Positions 25,401 through 40,400 of a stretch of DNA of 64,000 bases are shown here, piece after piece; the stretch's first letter is position 1, and each line of letters begins with the position of its first letter. Source of the DNA: Phoronis australis (Eukaryota > Animalia > Phoronida); NCBI GenBank assembly GCA_002633005.1, contig NMRA01000373.1, positions 62,001 through 126,000 of the forward strand, read 5' to 3'. Under the pieces are notes generated by a model. That model had not been told where the DNA came from. It was given only the letters and a program-made list of their open reading frames with translations, and searched no databases. The position numbers were made by a program, and so were the translations under genes.

Positions 25401-28400
25401 CCTGGAGATTTGATCAGTGTATACACCTACCTTAACTTATAAGGAAGCCAACTCGGAACAAGTAACATTTAAATTACCAAAGCCTGAACGAAAAACAAAA
25501 ATCTCACCAACTGTTTGATTTCCATACGTCCGCAAGCTATGAGCCACCAGGGCATGATTGAGAGTATGAGTCCTCATGTGCTCCATAGATGATTTTCCCT
25601 CACGCATACTCACTGTAACAGGGCCAACACGTTTTGTATAAAAATTTCGAGTCAAATACAGCAACAATTTTGTCACGCCAAAACAGTCACTTTCAAAATT
25701 AATTAAGATACATCAAGACTTCACCCATACATGAGTATTCATATTCGGATGAAGAAGCCATCAATGCACTCAAATCAGTCAATCAAAATAAGTAACCATG
25801 TAAAACTAGGGAATGCCAAGTAGCTAAAAAAGTCTACATGAAACTCACAGCAAGTGTCGAATACCATTCAAGTCACATCCATGTACTGAAATGATAGTAG
25901 CAAGAGATACAGGGAATAGTAAGTAGGTCATCACCATAGTTGTAGAGTCACTGAGCTCTGCACGTTATTGAGAGAATCAGTAGCATGCTGGTCCTGAATG
26001 GCCAATGACTCCTTGATGTACCTTATAGGTTCTTTACAAATAATACTAACTGAATTGGCTAGGTGGTTGTTGCTAACACAATGCATATCGATGTCTTATT
26101 GTATATATTTTCCTGATAATGGTCTTATGAATAGACGAAACGTTAAATGAACATGATTAATGAACATTTTTATTTGTGCGGTGATTGTCCATTTTTTTAA
26201 TCTTACTATGGCCAAAAAATGATGTAATTTGTCAGAAGTCTATGTTTCGACTTATTTTACCTTACATACCTAATGCCCATTGCAATTGCATGCCGAACAA
26301 TACTGCCGAAAGTGCATGAGGGAACAACAAACAAAAAATTGTTTACCAATAAACCTCATCATTTTATGCAGGACTGTTACCATTTTTGAGACAGATGATT
26401 TCGTCTGGCTAATGGAGACCAAATGTCACAAAGAAATGGGAGGACATAAGAAAGGGCGGAGAGGTAATGATGAAAATGCACATGGCCTCAGTTGCGAAAA
26501 CTGGATTTTTATATAGACTAGAGAGAAAACGTTGGCCATGATGAAATTTACTCAACAGATTCAAAATTCCGTACTTTTCATTTTTCCTCGTGCTGTTTAA
26601 AAGCAAATCAATATATATTCAATACGGGCTTGTAAACATGTGTTACAGTTCTGTACTTACAAGCCATAGAACGATTTTGCCCATCTCCGAGATCAATAAA
26701 GGCTTTGGTGTTCGTGCCTATAAGTATTAAAGGGATTAATTTAATAAGAAAAGTGTGAAAATCACTGAAAATCAACTTCATGATAAATCAAAGTATTAAT
26801 GAGTTACACTATAGAGAAAACAGAGTTCATGGATGACTCAAAATCATTGATTGTTCACCTTATTTCCAAATTTAGAATTTTTCCGAGTAGTACTTTCAAT
26901 AAGCACTAACTTACAATAAGTTCATGGAGTAATCTGTCACTCCAATAAGAAAATTATCATATCAAGCAACAATAATTATCAACTTGTTCAGAAACCAACT
27001 GGCCACAAACTTGAAGGCAAAATCTTGGCTACAGTAAAATCCCACATATTTCTGACAAAAATAACTGTTAATATTGCTTTTCTTCACTTTTCAAAGCTTT
27101 GTTTGATGGTAGCTGTGGTGCAAAACTTGAGCACGGAAATCATCTAATTGGGTGCTAAGTACTATGTTTCATGGAAAAATAAAACTTCACAAAACGGCCA
27201 CATTGTATCTTAAATTGGTGAGATTTTACCGTACTCCATTATTTCACTTCGCAAGACATGAAAGCAGGATATATACCAGACGAGATGCAGACAGACAGTG
27301 ACATATGCTTCCCTAACTCGATGGCGGGGAAACTCTTGAAGGACACATCAAGTCCCTCAACGCGGTCTTCTATTGTAATGTTTCTCTGAAAGAACAAAGT
27401 AAAGACGATCAATAACATGCAGATGAACGGTAAGCTACAAAGAAGTTGGATATTGACCTCATTACTTACCACGGACCGCAAACAAGGCTTAATACACGTG
27501 CAGAACCCTTACCATGAAAGCTGAACTGCACTCCCACACACAAGCACGCTGACCATGCACCAGAGGCTACTTTGCACATGGCAGGAGACACTACGGAACA
27601 TGGTACAAGTTGAGAAGGGCAAGAATTCTCGTACCACGTTAAGGGTTCCACTCCGTGGTAAGTGTTCTGCGGTATGTGGCAGTGTTCAATGATTACAATT
27701 GGATTGCATGTATAGGATATGAAACATACTGGACAACGATTTCAACCAATGGCCAGAGGGCAGAGGAGTGAAATGAATGCCTGTAAAGAACATGAGCATC
27801 CTCTTCTTGAAAGGCAAAGCATCTGTTGGCATTTTGAGCATACATGTACATGACTATCTCTCTTAAGAACGCTCACTTAGTGTTCTATCACTTCTGAGTC
27901 TTATATAATGTTCAAGATGGTGACATCAGTGTTTGCACGAGGCTGCATTTTTGCATCATTTGATGTAATCCAGCAAAAGAAGGCGCAAATTGAGTTGATG
28001 GATATGTCATCGTGCATGGATGCAACTAAAATGAAATGAAAACTATCAGTTTCACCAACTTGCTTATCTTCCTGAATTTTCCTTCGATATAAGCACTATC
28101 AGATTTATGTCACCTTCCAATACAATTTGCGTCGTTCTGTATTAAATTTCTAGATTGCACTCAGACCCCACAAAAATATGAAAGATGGATTCATGGGACC
28201 CATGCTTGGAAGTTTAGAAAGCTGTGACACTGAGTTATAGATACACAATAAGCCAGATGTTAATGACACTTTGGGCAATTCTACTTTTTGCATATTTTAG
28301 GCTATAACCACTGGCAGTGTATCAGTTATTGCACTGATCCAAGTGCTTGATATCTGAACTGCGTTGAGAACTGAACCCTAATGTTAAAGACTTAGTCAAA

Positions 28401-31400
28401 GGACCCATCAACCTATCATAGATTTATTCTCTTACAAATACCATATTTACCATTGCGTTACACAAGCAAACTCCATGCCAAAGACTTACCTTCACTGTCT
28501 GACTGCTGACGTTATTGGCAGCAATAACCTCTAATGTCATAATGCCAGGAAGGGTGTACATGTGAGTCAGTGTAGTGGCCGACTCGTTGTATGTGCTGTT
28601 GGAACCATCACCCCAGTATATTACATAGTTATGGAAAGTGCCATTGTGTGCCTTTAGGTGAACTTGGTGGTCGATCCCAGTGCACCCTATTGACAGGTGA
28701 AGAATGGTTTAATTATTGAAGCTGTTAAGCACAAACACCAGCAAACTACAATCTCCATCTTTTGTTCAAGCACATAACCTATCCATTCCTCATTGACCTG
28801 AGAGACACATTTATGTTTTTGACATTTGGAAATAAATTTAATACTGCAACATAAATAATTTGTCATTTTGTCTACCGTAAGGCTAACAAAACTTGCCATC
28901 AAAATCATAAGTCTACTGCAGCACCTACTGCAGTTATAGAAAATCAAATGCAATGACTAATGAATCTCTTGAAAACTCATAATTTCTCCAGGACTAGCTG
29001 AAATAAGCACTATGTAAATAAAATATACTGGTGAACACCTTACAAAAAATATTTGCACCAGCTCTCAACATATGATCTTGACCAGGAAAAATGACGGTAT
29101 TCTCTTTAAATTTACAGGCCTCTCATTATGTAAGAAAAACTCAATGCAGTAACACTGGGAAAACCTTGACTATATTCTTGATACTTTTAGGAACGTGCCC
29201 TTTGAAATATAGATATCCGCCCTTTTAGAGAGTAACCATGAATAAAACAGACCCATTTGTTGAAAAACAAAACTATCAGAGGTTTTCCTCATAAATCTTT
29301 TGTGGGTTTTTAAACCAAATTAAATAATAAAGAATTAAAATTTAATGAAGGATCTTTCAGACCATATTCTTTTTTAAACACAAAAGTTTGATAAAACATA
29401 ACTGATTGCCAAAACTGACCACTTTTCTAATAATTCTAAAATTGGTGACGGATGGAAGCTATGGTGCAGAACACGAAAATGGTGAAGTATTTATTTGACG
29501 CAATTTCATATCTCTTTTGAAACGAACATAATTTCACTATACCGCCATATCATGATCAAAATTGGTGAGACCTCACAATAGATTGATGAACAGAACATAG
29601 CAATGTTTATAAAAATATGTACATACACGTAAGTCAAATAGATTTTACCTGTCTTGTTAACAATGAAGTCCAAACCGGAGACAATTTCTTGAACATGGAT
29701 CGTCCTTGACACATTCCTGGTGGCGACCAAGGCTTTGCTGGTGACCACAGCAGTAGCATCATAGAAACCAGATGAGTTGCTATACCGATACTGTGGCATC
29801 AAGATACAAGTGGGACGTGCAACGATGAATTTGACATATGTCGAGACTTGACGGGGATTCCCCGCAGAAGTGTTGAGTAGAAGGTCCCCTAAACTGATGT
29901 TTGAAAAGTAAACTTCACTTCCAGACTGAGAAACTTTGAATGCAATATTCATCTCTGCAGAGTTGTTGTAACGAGTGGCTGGGATGTCTCCTTTCTTCAC
30001 TTTTATCGGGTTGACGAATTTGTACACCTGAACTTTGCCAACTTTGTCCTTCGGCAGGTACATTTGCTGCTGTTCAACCAGTTGGTAGTGAGGCAATGGT
30101 AAATTTTCGAAGGGTGTGACCTCTTTGACAACCCCGCTAACAGAGTGTACGCATTCTTGGTGGAACAAGTTGAACTTGAAATCACCAGAGCAATTTCGAC
30201 GGAAGAAGTCAGCTTGCTTTCTGCACAACAGTGAACTGGGCAAGCAAGCCATTGCTTTGTAACAGAAAGTAAATCCATCTTGACAGAGAGGACGGTAAAT
30301 CTAGAAAAAAATTCTCCTGATATCATAAAAGTCAACTTCGCGCGACTCGGTGAAAACATTAGAAAGAACCTGATGACAGATGGACAGCATAAACAATAAG
30401 GGATTACTTGAAGAAAAGGCTTTGGGCAAAACTTCGTCAATCCTACGCCATCAAGATTGAATTCTTCAGAACCTTACCTTATTTCTATTGCATGCTTTCC
30501 AAGCATGCGTCAAAAGTTATTTAACAATGTTACTGTAAACAATGTTCTACGTGTGATGAGTGACCTGTTTTTGTAAACAGTTAGCATTGCAAGTGTAACA
30601 TAGACCAGAGGGATACTTTTGAAAAGTTACTACACAGATAAATCCTGAAAACATCAAATAATTAATTCAGCAATTGTTCATATTAGATTACAGAATGTTT
30701 ACATTGAAAATGTTTGTTGAAAAATTAAAAAGATTCAGTCTCACTTGCAAATAAACCATGTTCTAACATAATATCACCAATTTTTTATTTGTTTTAGAAA
30801 CTGTTCAAGGCATGCACACTGGCCATTAGCTACACATTAAGTTACACTTAATTTCTTATCATTATTACAGTATTTCCATCTTTATTTATTTGTCACATAA
30901 AATTATCGCCAAAATTGTCATCCTTTCATTGTTCAAGGCCTGCTACTTTGCTACAAACAGTGAAAACATATTATTAACAGAATATTGCTGTATGACATGT
31001 ACACACTACAAACCACGCTTTTAAGTGCTGGTGCACAGTGATACATGTTAGATGGATTTTCATTAGCCACCTGTTGGTTTTGTGTTGGTGATGCTGCTTC
31101 TACTGTCTCTCTTTTCCATGTGACTATATTCATTCTTCACTAGTATTTTGCTTATGTTTAAGACTGTTTGACTGACCGTATTTGTAGGTGTAACCCGTCA
31201 ATTTGAGTCATTCTTACTCCAACGCCTTTGACAATAAGTTTAGTTACAATTTTGTCATCGTGATTTATGCCAAAAATAGGTGTAAGTATATTGTATTTAG
31301 TTTTATTAATTGTCAGAACTTCACCATAGTAACACATTTTCTAAGTACCTCTTCGTATTACTATAGAGTCAAGTAGTTTGATGTTTGTTTCAGTAAGTAT

Positions 31401-34400
31401 ATAATAGACAGTTTGAAATATTAGTATCGTAATTTTGTAAAATGACTAATGCACTGTTCAATTGTATCCAAGAAGGTTGAATCAATCACAAACAAAGTTT
31501 ACCGTCATCTCATGCTCCCGTTCATCCGTGTGGGTTTAACGATTCTCGCTACCACATTGCTAGCAATAGATTAAATTTCTGTGGGGAAATTTGAAAAAGA
31601 ATAAAAGAATTACACTTCCCATCCATATTCTGAGCTAAGTAAACGAAAAATTACTATACTATTCGTATGCATCTTGCACATGTTTATAACGATCAATTTT
31701 TTTCCCCGACAAACATTTTTTGATTGCTTATTAGAACGTTTGGTAATTAAAGTAAAAATTAATCAGTTTGACACACAAAATGCCAAAGTACTTAAATTTT
31801 AATTTGCCACATTTCTCCACAAAAACCAGTTTATGGAAATTCTTCTTCTAACAAGCTTTGCTCAGTGTTGCCTAACATTTGATAAAATGTTGATCATTTG
31901 CAGCAATGTAGTCAGCCTCTGAAAATTTTAGCCATTATTTTTGTCCAAAATTGAAAAATCTTAACCCTACACATCATCAAACAAGTGTAACTTACCTGGA
32001 CAGTAGCAGTGACGGCATCAAAAGTTATAGACGTAATGGCAGCGATGGTGCCATTATGAGAAAACATTCGATTAGGCATAACAACAGTCACTGGCACAGC
32101 ACTAGAATACTTCAAATGGTCTTCTACTGTAGAGTTGCTGGTCACGTCGCCAACATGATAAATAGAAGTATCTGATACAAAGAAAATTAATATTAATTTA
32201 GCAAAGACCAATTGAATGCCTTACTAAGTTACTACTACTCAAAAAAATGATCCAAACAAGAGGGTGTCAGGACATGGAATGAGTAATGAACAAATTGGCT
32301 TTGACCTTTATACACATGGCTATTTTAAGGGAAACGTTGGTGTTTTCATTAATCAGAAGAAATATGTTTCTTTTGAATGATAGTAGGAAACAATTTTAAT
32401 GTCAAACAAGACAAGCACAGTAGGATTTGTGCACCAGTTTTATTACTCAAAGAACCAAGTCATCTTACTGAACAAGTGCTGTGTTGTCGATCGGTGATAA
32501 GGAGCTGATCACATTTGAACAAAATCATCTTACTGAACAAGGGCCGTGTTGTCGGTCGATGATTAGCAGCCGATCATATTTGAACCAGGTCATCCCATTG
32601 AACAAGGGCCATCTTGTGGGTCAGTGATAAGCAGTTGATCACATTTGAACCAAGTTATCATACTGAACAAGAGCTGTGTTATGGGTCGGTGATAGCAGCA
32701 TTTGCCACGATATTCATGTTATAACTTTTAGCACTTCACATATACATTCATTGCCACGCATTATTTCTACATCCGTCTAAAAGCTAAATCAGTACATAAA
32801 CACACTACATATATTTCATTTATTAACAGACAAATTACAATTAAAGATTTAAACTGGAGAAAGCCCTTCCCCTCCAGATTCATCAATTGTTAATTCCCAC
32901 ACCAAAAATCACACAAGACCAAAACACAAATAAACTGGTTGGCTGACACAGGCTAAAGCTTCCTTTCTTGACTTACTTTGTGATTGACCGATATAATTCT
33001 CAATGCCGTCAATACAAAAGCCCCCAGCTGCCATAAAAAGGTTGTGCAATGTCTCTGGTCTCAGATTACTCAAAGGATTTGCTTTAAGGTTGATTGCAGT
33101 CTGCTGTTTCTTGTAGTTATTACACAACTCCTAATGTTTTCTTCAACCTCAATGTACCCAAGAAACCTTACACAGTTTACAACACAGGGCTGTAGGAAGT
33201 GGGCGGGCCGGGGAGGCACGGGCCCCCCCCAAAAAAAAATTTTCAGGCGTCAGGGCTAAACCGTGGCAACCGATATACGCATGGGGCGGGGACAGTAAAT
33301 GCTAAATGCGGGTAAGAGAGAAAACTCAAGAGAACATTTAACAACTCTGTATCAGTGCATCAGGTTTACCTTTTGAGGACCCTGGCCAGAACATTGTTGT
33401 TGAGGTCTCCGCTTTCGCAGCACAGGTCGTCTAAATGCACTTGGAAACGTGCACATAATGATTCATGCATACATTTCGAAAAATCGACAAAATTTGTAAA
33501 GCGAAGCTTTTGTGGAGCATATTAATTTCCTGGATTTTTAAATTTAGTAAGTCAATTTTGCGACTGCAAAACCATTTTTCTGGAGGCCTCTCTCTGCCAA
33601 GGGATAACGGAACGACAGTCGCTTTTTTCTCGAATTGTATATCACTTGAGAAAAATTGATGAACTGACAGATATCATAAATTGCTGCACATTTCTTGATT
33701 TTTGGAAATATAGAAATTTTCAAATAGAAGGGCCCCACATCATTGTGGCCACAGTTTTTATGTTTCTATTAACATATTCTTAAAGGTACGCTCATGGAGA
33801 GAGGACCCAATGTTGGACTTGATTACGTCTATTTTCCTGTTTTTTGTGAAATCGTGCAACCAACTTTCATGTTGAAGAAGGTCACTTCCTACACAGTCGT
33901 CTGACCACACGACAGTGGAATGAACTGTCACTCTTTTCCAAGCTTAATGATGTTTAGCTTTTCATAACTAAGGTGTCCCATATCAGACAGCACCCTCTCT
34001 CCGTGGAGCAGTTCAGAGCAATGTCCCTTTATCCCTCCATACATGTAAGCCCGACACTGCCAAGTATTCACGAGGAAGTTGTGATTCGAAATTCATCACT
34101 GCAGTATCAAAACATTTGGCCCAAACAACCAAAAAATGTGAAAAAATACAATAGCATTGACCGCCTTCGAAAGAGGGTCAGGAATTTTAAAGAGCATGAA
34201 GACCGCAGTTTGCTAATTAATTATACAAAAGGACTATTTCCGGTGGTTTAAGTTATAAAATAATGTTACTGGTTCCCATATTATCACAACAAGCATCTCT
34301 TTTGAAGATGGTTACTATGAGTTGTTTGTCAGGAATTACCACATGTTGAAAACATTGCTGTCGAGGCTACCATTGGGGTGACCGTGTACATGTCAAATGA

Positions 34401-37400
34401 GGGTACCCAAATACTCGCAATAATCATCACATTAAACAAATATTTCAGCATTTTTTTAGGTCAAGTTAAACTCGTGAACCGTTATAGGTACCTCGAAAGA
34501 GCAAAAGTACACCTTACTATGAATGCCTAATCTCCCATTTCCCCTGGTTATCCGTCAAAAATCTGAGAGTATGCCTGCGGAAATTGCTTATAACATACGG
34601 GTCAACAAATTCGTTGGTTTCTGATTTACATGTTTATGAATCTGCCAAAAACGACACGTTAATAGGAGATTTTTGGCAATTAGAAGCTAATATTTTACAC
34701 AATATACAGGATTCAGGGAATTAAGTTGAAACCTGTCACTAACAGGGGATCAAAAAGGAATTAAGTCATTAAATCAAGGTAAACGCATTGCTCATGGATT
34801 TGACTGTTGGTTTCTTTCTGATTTACGTGTTTATGTGTCTATAGGAAAGTGGACTGATTGAGAGATGACTTTTTTGACAATAAGATCCTAATCTTATAAG
34901 AAATGACAATACTTCACTGAACTTAATTGCAGGCCGACATTGGGAAAATTCGAGCTATCATCAGAACCCCAAATATAAAAGTGCAATAAACGATTTTTGT
35001 CAATCTGTCTCAAGGAAATTGATGAATTTCGGACAGCTCAATAATGTGTCCTAAAATGTTCTCACAATTCAAATGACAATAAATTGTTTATTGGCTTAGG
35101 AACTAGATTACTGGGTTTAAGTTTACAAACCGTAGATCCAAAACGAAGTTTAAGAGCTCAAATAAATAAAATCAAACTTATTGGTCATGAACTTGGAAAG
35201 GTTGTTTTTTGAACTTCCTTGATGTTTTTGGTTTCCAGTAGTATTGCGCAATGGATTTTTGTTCTTCAAAACTGCATCGTTTGCTTGCATTTCCCGTGCA
35301 TACGACACACATGACATGCATGCACCCAGCCTAAAATATAGGGGGGGTCGAATTTTTGAGGATGTGGACCTTTTACTAAAGAAAAAGACGAATGCCGGGG
35401 GTTCGTTCAGGGCTATGAATTGTGCATACGCCAATTAATCCTGCCTTTTTAGTGGACTTTTGTCTGGTTTTTCTCGAGGTTGACCTTTTTGCCCACTTTG
35501 CCATCAAGTCCCCCCCAGGTGCGCGCATGCACAGAGCACATCATGACAGCCACACCCATGTTAAAAATAAGGTGCAACCATACAGTAGGCCTGCTTAAAA
35601 TCTCAGATACCCACGGGAACTGAATTTGAACTCCAGACGTTGAAGTGTGCAATACATTTTTGGGACACACTCTGTATCATTTTCCCTAGCAACCAGAAAC
35701 TGAGTTACCGGCTGTGCTTCACCAAGGGATTCTGAAACGGCCACAGAGGCACTCATACAAGGCACCTCGGGACTTTACTTTTCCAAACATTACTTCAAAG
35801 ATGATAATAAAAGGAACCTTGACCTTCGATCCAGCTATAGTTACTTCAGGCAGCTCCCAGCTACCCGTCAGTGCGCTCAGGGCCTAGACCGGCAATCTTA
35901 CTCTTTGTTAATCTTTGTTGGTTCACGGTTACTCAAATCCTGATGGCTGCATCCCCGGTATTACCCCCACCTCAGAGTGGCGAACGTGCGGGGGGGNGGG
36001 GGGGAAGGGTGACGATAGCTAGGGGGTAGGTTGGCGAAGTCAAATTGGTTTGAGCCCCTTCATTAATTTTTTCCTTCCTACGGGCCTGCAACAATGTTTG
36101 GGTAAGTGCAGACCTTAGTACACATTGCTTTGTCTTCTTGTTTTTGCTCTATTTCATAACTTCACATAAAGTATGGTAATAGTTAGCCTCCTCTCAAGGT
36201 TAGGAAACAAGGTAACCTCTACCACATTTCACCCTGCTTAGCTAGCTCTATCACAAAACACAAAAATTGAATTGGTCCCTTTTACATACACAAAATCTCG
36301 GTTTTATAATGAAAAAGAGCGTACTTGCAAAATGTTCTTGCTCATGCACTGCCAAATTCATTACACTGCAAAGTTTTTGTTTTTGTTAAAAATTAATTCA
36401 TTTCTTAAATTTCACTGTTTATCTAAGTCATGTAACCTAACTATATTAAGTTAGCATGGGTGGTGCATCATAAGGAGCTGGGGTGCTATAGCCCCGGCCC
36501 ACTTTTTTCAGTGACGCGATGTCCACGGGCGGTGTACCACAGGAAGGCTTGGGAGTTTCAGCCCCCACTTTTTTCAGTGCTGTGCTGCCCATGGTTAGGC
36601 ATAAACTCTCCAAAATTAATTTGGCAATTCAGATCGGATGAGATTGATCTAGAAATCAATATTTTGAATATTGGTGATTTATCAACTGCTATAGATACAC
36701 CTTTTGGAACTGGTGCAAAGATAAACAAAGAACAACACTTGATGACTGTGCGATAACTCAACTCGTAACTTCAAAAATCTTTCCATTCCGGAGTCCATTG
36801 CCCTGACAGCCTGACAATAGACAGTGGGGGGGGTTAAAGCCCCCATGTGGTGCACTGCCTATGGACCATGGGCGGCACATAACTGAAAAATTGGGCCTGT
36901 ATCATGCCCCCCCCCCCCAGCCTCCTATGGTGCGCCGCCAATACCTCAATGGGCCTGCGGCATTCAGCCCGGCTTCAGTTCAGGGCGATGCCGATGCATT
37001 GCATTGCCTACCGCGTGTATGGACTGTGGAGCAGTTTGGAGTCAGAGTTGATATACTGATTTGCTGACGCAAATGCTGCACTAACTACTTTAGACTTAAC
37101 GGGTGACATTTCGCGATTTTTTGTAGATTCGAATTAAACAATGCCTTCCCACCGACTCCGTGTAAAATTTCTTCAAAAATTGGATGAATGAAGGAAAAAT
37201 GGCGCCCAGGTAACACAATTTTATCTCTAATGTAAAAGAACTTGTTAGTGCGACATCTGTTGTCAATCGCACGGCTGTTGAAACACCCATGGCCAAATAA
37301 CGCCAACATCCGTCATTCAATTCACAAAACAACTTTTAATTTGTAATTATATAGTAAAGTATCGGTTATTCACAAATTTAAACAACTTGGTTATTTGATT

Positions 37401-40400
37401 AATTTAACGATTAGGTTTTTTATTTTCATAAAGTCGGTCTCATATTCAGCAGCATTGGATTCTGTTTTGCCGGTTACCAACGAGATAACAGAGGAAACAT
37501 TTCAGACTTTATTGGGGTTGGCCCACCCTAAAATTACTAAATTGTCTCATCCACTCACTGCCTGTGACTTGAGTTGGTAACGAAAATGAGATCCTGTCAC
37601 GGTGGAGAATAGTATGAGACCGACTTCATGTGAGTAAAAGGCCTAGTCTGATTTTTGTAATTGAGCAAGGCTAAACTGGGCGAAATGCAGGTTTACATGT
37701 TTCTCCCCCTCAACCTACCATTACTCCTCTGATTTACATAAGTGGCTCGATCAATTACTCTTTTATTTTTTTCTTTTCATTGTTGTACTGTTTTCCTCAG
37801 ATTTTTCTTTCAGTTTACAATAAAATGTGTCGAAAATAAAATGTTTTGATTCGACTTTTGATGACTCTCCGTGTTGTAGTGGTTAAGGTGCTGGACTCGA
37901 ATTATCTGTAGTTTCAGAAGTTGTGGGTTCAAATCCTGCCTCGGACAAAAAATCTCACAATGAGTGTCCGCCTGCTTGTTCTTCTAAGAACGCGGCAACA
38001 CCTGACGATGGCCGGAGAACAGACCGACCGAAACGTCGTGGCAGTGTAAATAAACCAAGAGATTATTTTAATAATAGTAATGTTTTGATTTGTGCCTGCA
38101 CATAGGCCTACTTTACATGCCTGATCGTGGTATGGTACAGAAGTGTTAGAATGCTTACCGATTGAAGGTATGGTGTGATTTTGGTCTTCTCCCCAATCGA
38201 ACTTTAATTCCACAGCGGTTCCACCGTCGATGCATACTTTGCAATGAAACGCAACATGAAGGCCAACATAGTGGGGACACTCAAGATCGACGCTGTTGAC
38301 GTAAGCGTGCACATCAAACCCACTACTCGCTGTCGCAGTGCCACGAAAAATCGCAGAACCATCATAACCGGCAACAGATGTAAATAAGCTGTGGCGACCT
38401 GTTGGAAGTAATTACAAGTTAGCCCGGAACTTTTTAGCACTGTCTGATGGAATACACTGTGACTCCATTAGAAGAAAAAAGTAATAGCTAGTCTTTTGTC
38501 AGAAAATGTTTCACATTGCATGCAGTGGCATCAGTATCAACATAATGTAGAACTTTAATTATTCCACATTTGCCCATTTTACTGACGATGAGTACGTTTT
38601 GAAATGAGTAGTCGTCAAATTAAATGTAAACGTCCACTGTAATATCACGTAGGTTGAGAATAAGACGCCTGTTGACGCGGTCCACATTTTTTAAATTAAT
38701 TCTATTCTACAGGACTGACAACACGTGCTGTTGAAGTAGAAAGCTTACCGATTATCGTGGGGATGATTTCCTGTTGGCTTTCTTTTGAATGCATGACCAC
38801 TTGCTCGTTTCCTCTGACATCATACACTTCTGTCTTGCATTCAATACTATAAGTCTTGTCAGTCACAAGTATCGAAACTTTCAAGGGTTGTCCCAACTCG
38901 ACAATTTCTAAAACGCATACTTGAATTACAGTTTAACTGCCCCGATCTGTCGCCCTTTTACCTCAGTCTATTTCTCCTACGCGCCATTCTTACAAGAGCA
39001 TGCATCTCTACATATGGTAAAACGCATTACCTACACTCTGGGCATGCAAATATATCTACCCTCTTAAATTATGACTAACCATTTCACAGCGACATTTCAT
39101 TATATGGGCGCATTCATCGCAACTTCACTGAACTGCTAAATGTGTGTTTCAGAAAAACTCAAGTTAACGTCAACGTTAAAGCCTTCCCTGAACGTAGTTT
39201 TATTACTTTAGACCTGCTGAGCTATCAAGAAAGTTCTTGCAATGTTTAAACGATAGACGCGGTTTAAACACTCGGCGCAGGTCGGGTATGTCAAACAATC
39301 TGCGAAGTAACATTTCGCGCCACATTGCGTCACCGAGAGAACACAGTTTAAATTCTCTTGCCGTTAGTAGTGTTTATTGTTATGTATTTTCCGGAGTACG
39401 CGACGAGCTTTATTACTGAGTAAAACAAGATGAAGATTGCGAATAATGTCATTTATTATGACGTAAGTACAAGAGATAGCTGAGGGGCCTCAGAGGAAAT
39501 GTACAAAGAGAAGACTAAAGGCAAACAAAAAGCTTGAAGGGCCTAACAGATAATGTGCAATAAGAAAAATAAAAAACAGGCACCCAGGATGGAGGGTGGG
39601 AAAAATAGTGAAAAAAAACATAGAAGTCTTCTAGACAACAAGGTAGACCACGCAATACTTAATAAGGGAACATGAGTGACCAATCAGGTGTCGAGTAGAG
39701 AGGTGTATAAATACAAAAGTAGATCCGGGAAGACAATCAATAGAAATGAGTAATGTAAAACAAACCCTTAGGGTTCATGTAAAAATAAAAGTAAGAAATA
39801 TCAAATTAATAAAGATAAATGCATTTAACAAGTGTGTGCAGGCGTCGATGATATCCGTGTTATTCACTGAACCTCAGATTTCTCGCGGTGTACTACACTG
39901 AGTCACGTTCTTCGAAAGCCTCACCCAAGTTTGGCAAATGGTGGCGTCGGTCAACGTTTTCAGTTGTCAGAGACTGGGCATATCAGAATAAATATTGATT
40001 AAGAAATTAGTAAGAAGAGATCCATTTTAAGTTGCCCAAAATATGTGCATACGTGCTTTTAAATCATGGGGTGAAACTTAATTGTTGACATGTACTTTAA
40101 CGTCAAAATCTATTTTTAGATGGTGTATACAACTTTCACTGTTCTGGGGTCAAAGCACTCTACAGATTTTAGAAATTTCTGAGAACAAATCGTAACAGCC
40201 AATCACTTGCATGTGATCATGTGGTTTTTATTAGCCAGTCGCTAAATAAGTAGACTATTGTAATATGGGCTAAGATCAAGAAGATATTCAGATGAGCTAC
40301 AGTAAAGACTTGCTACAGTGTACAGAGGAAATTGTACGACAAAGTCATCTCGTGGAAGATTCTATAAAGGATCTTGGCAAGGGCAAGGGTTAACGAACAG

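Noticed and set aside
27239-27276. Apparent in-frame stop (…SCEVK*) suggesting a pseudogene
   Set aside because: A G|GTATAT donor at 27277 gives phase 1 and joins to ISS-GTNTKAFIDLGDG, so the stop is intronic.
32452-32700. CRISPR-like array
   Set aside because: The whole 65-bp unit repeats with no unique spacers, there are no cas genes, and the context is eukaryotic; it is a minisatellite.
37867-37947. Functional tRNA gene
   Set aside because: Acceptor, anticodon and variable arms are imperfect and there is no clean Pol III terminator; better read as a SINE head.
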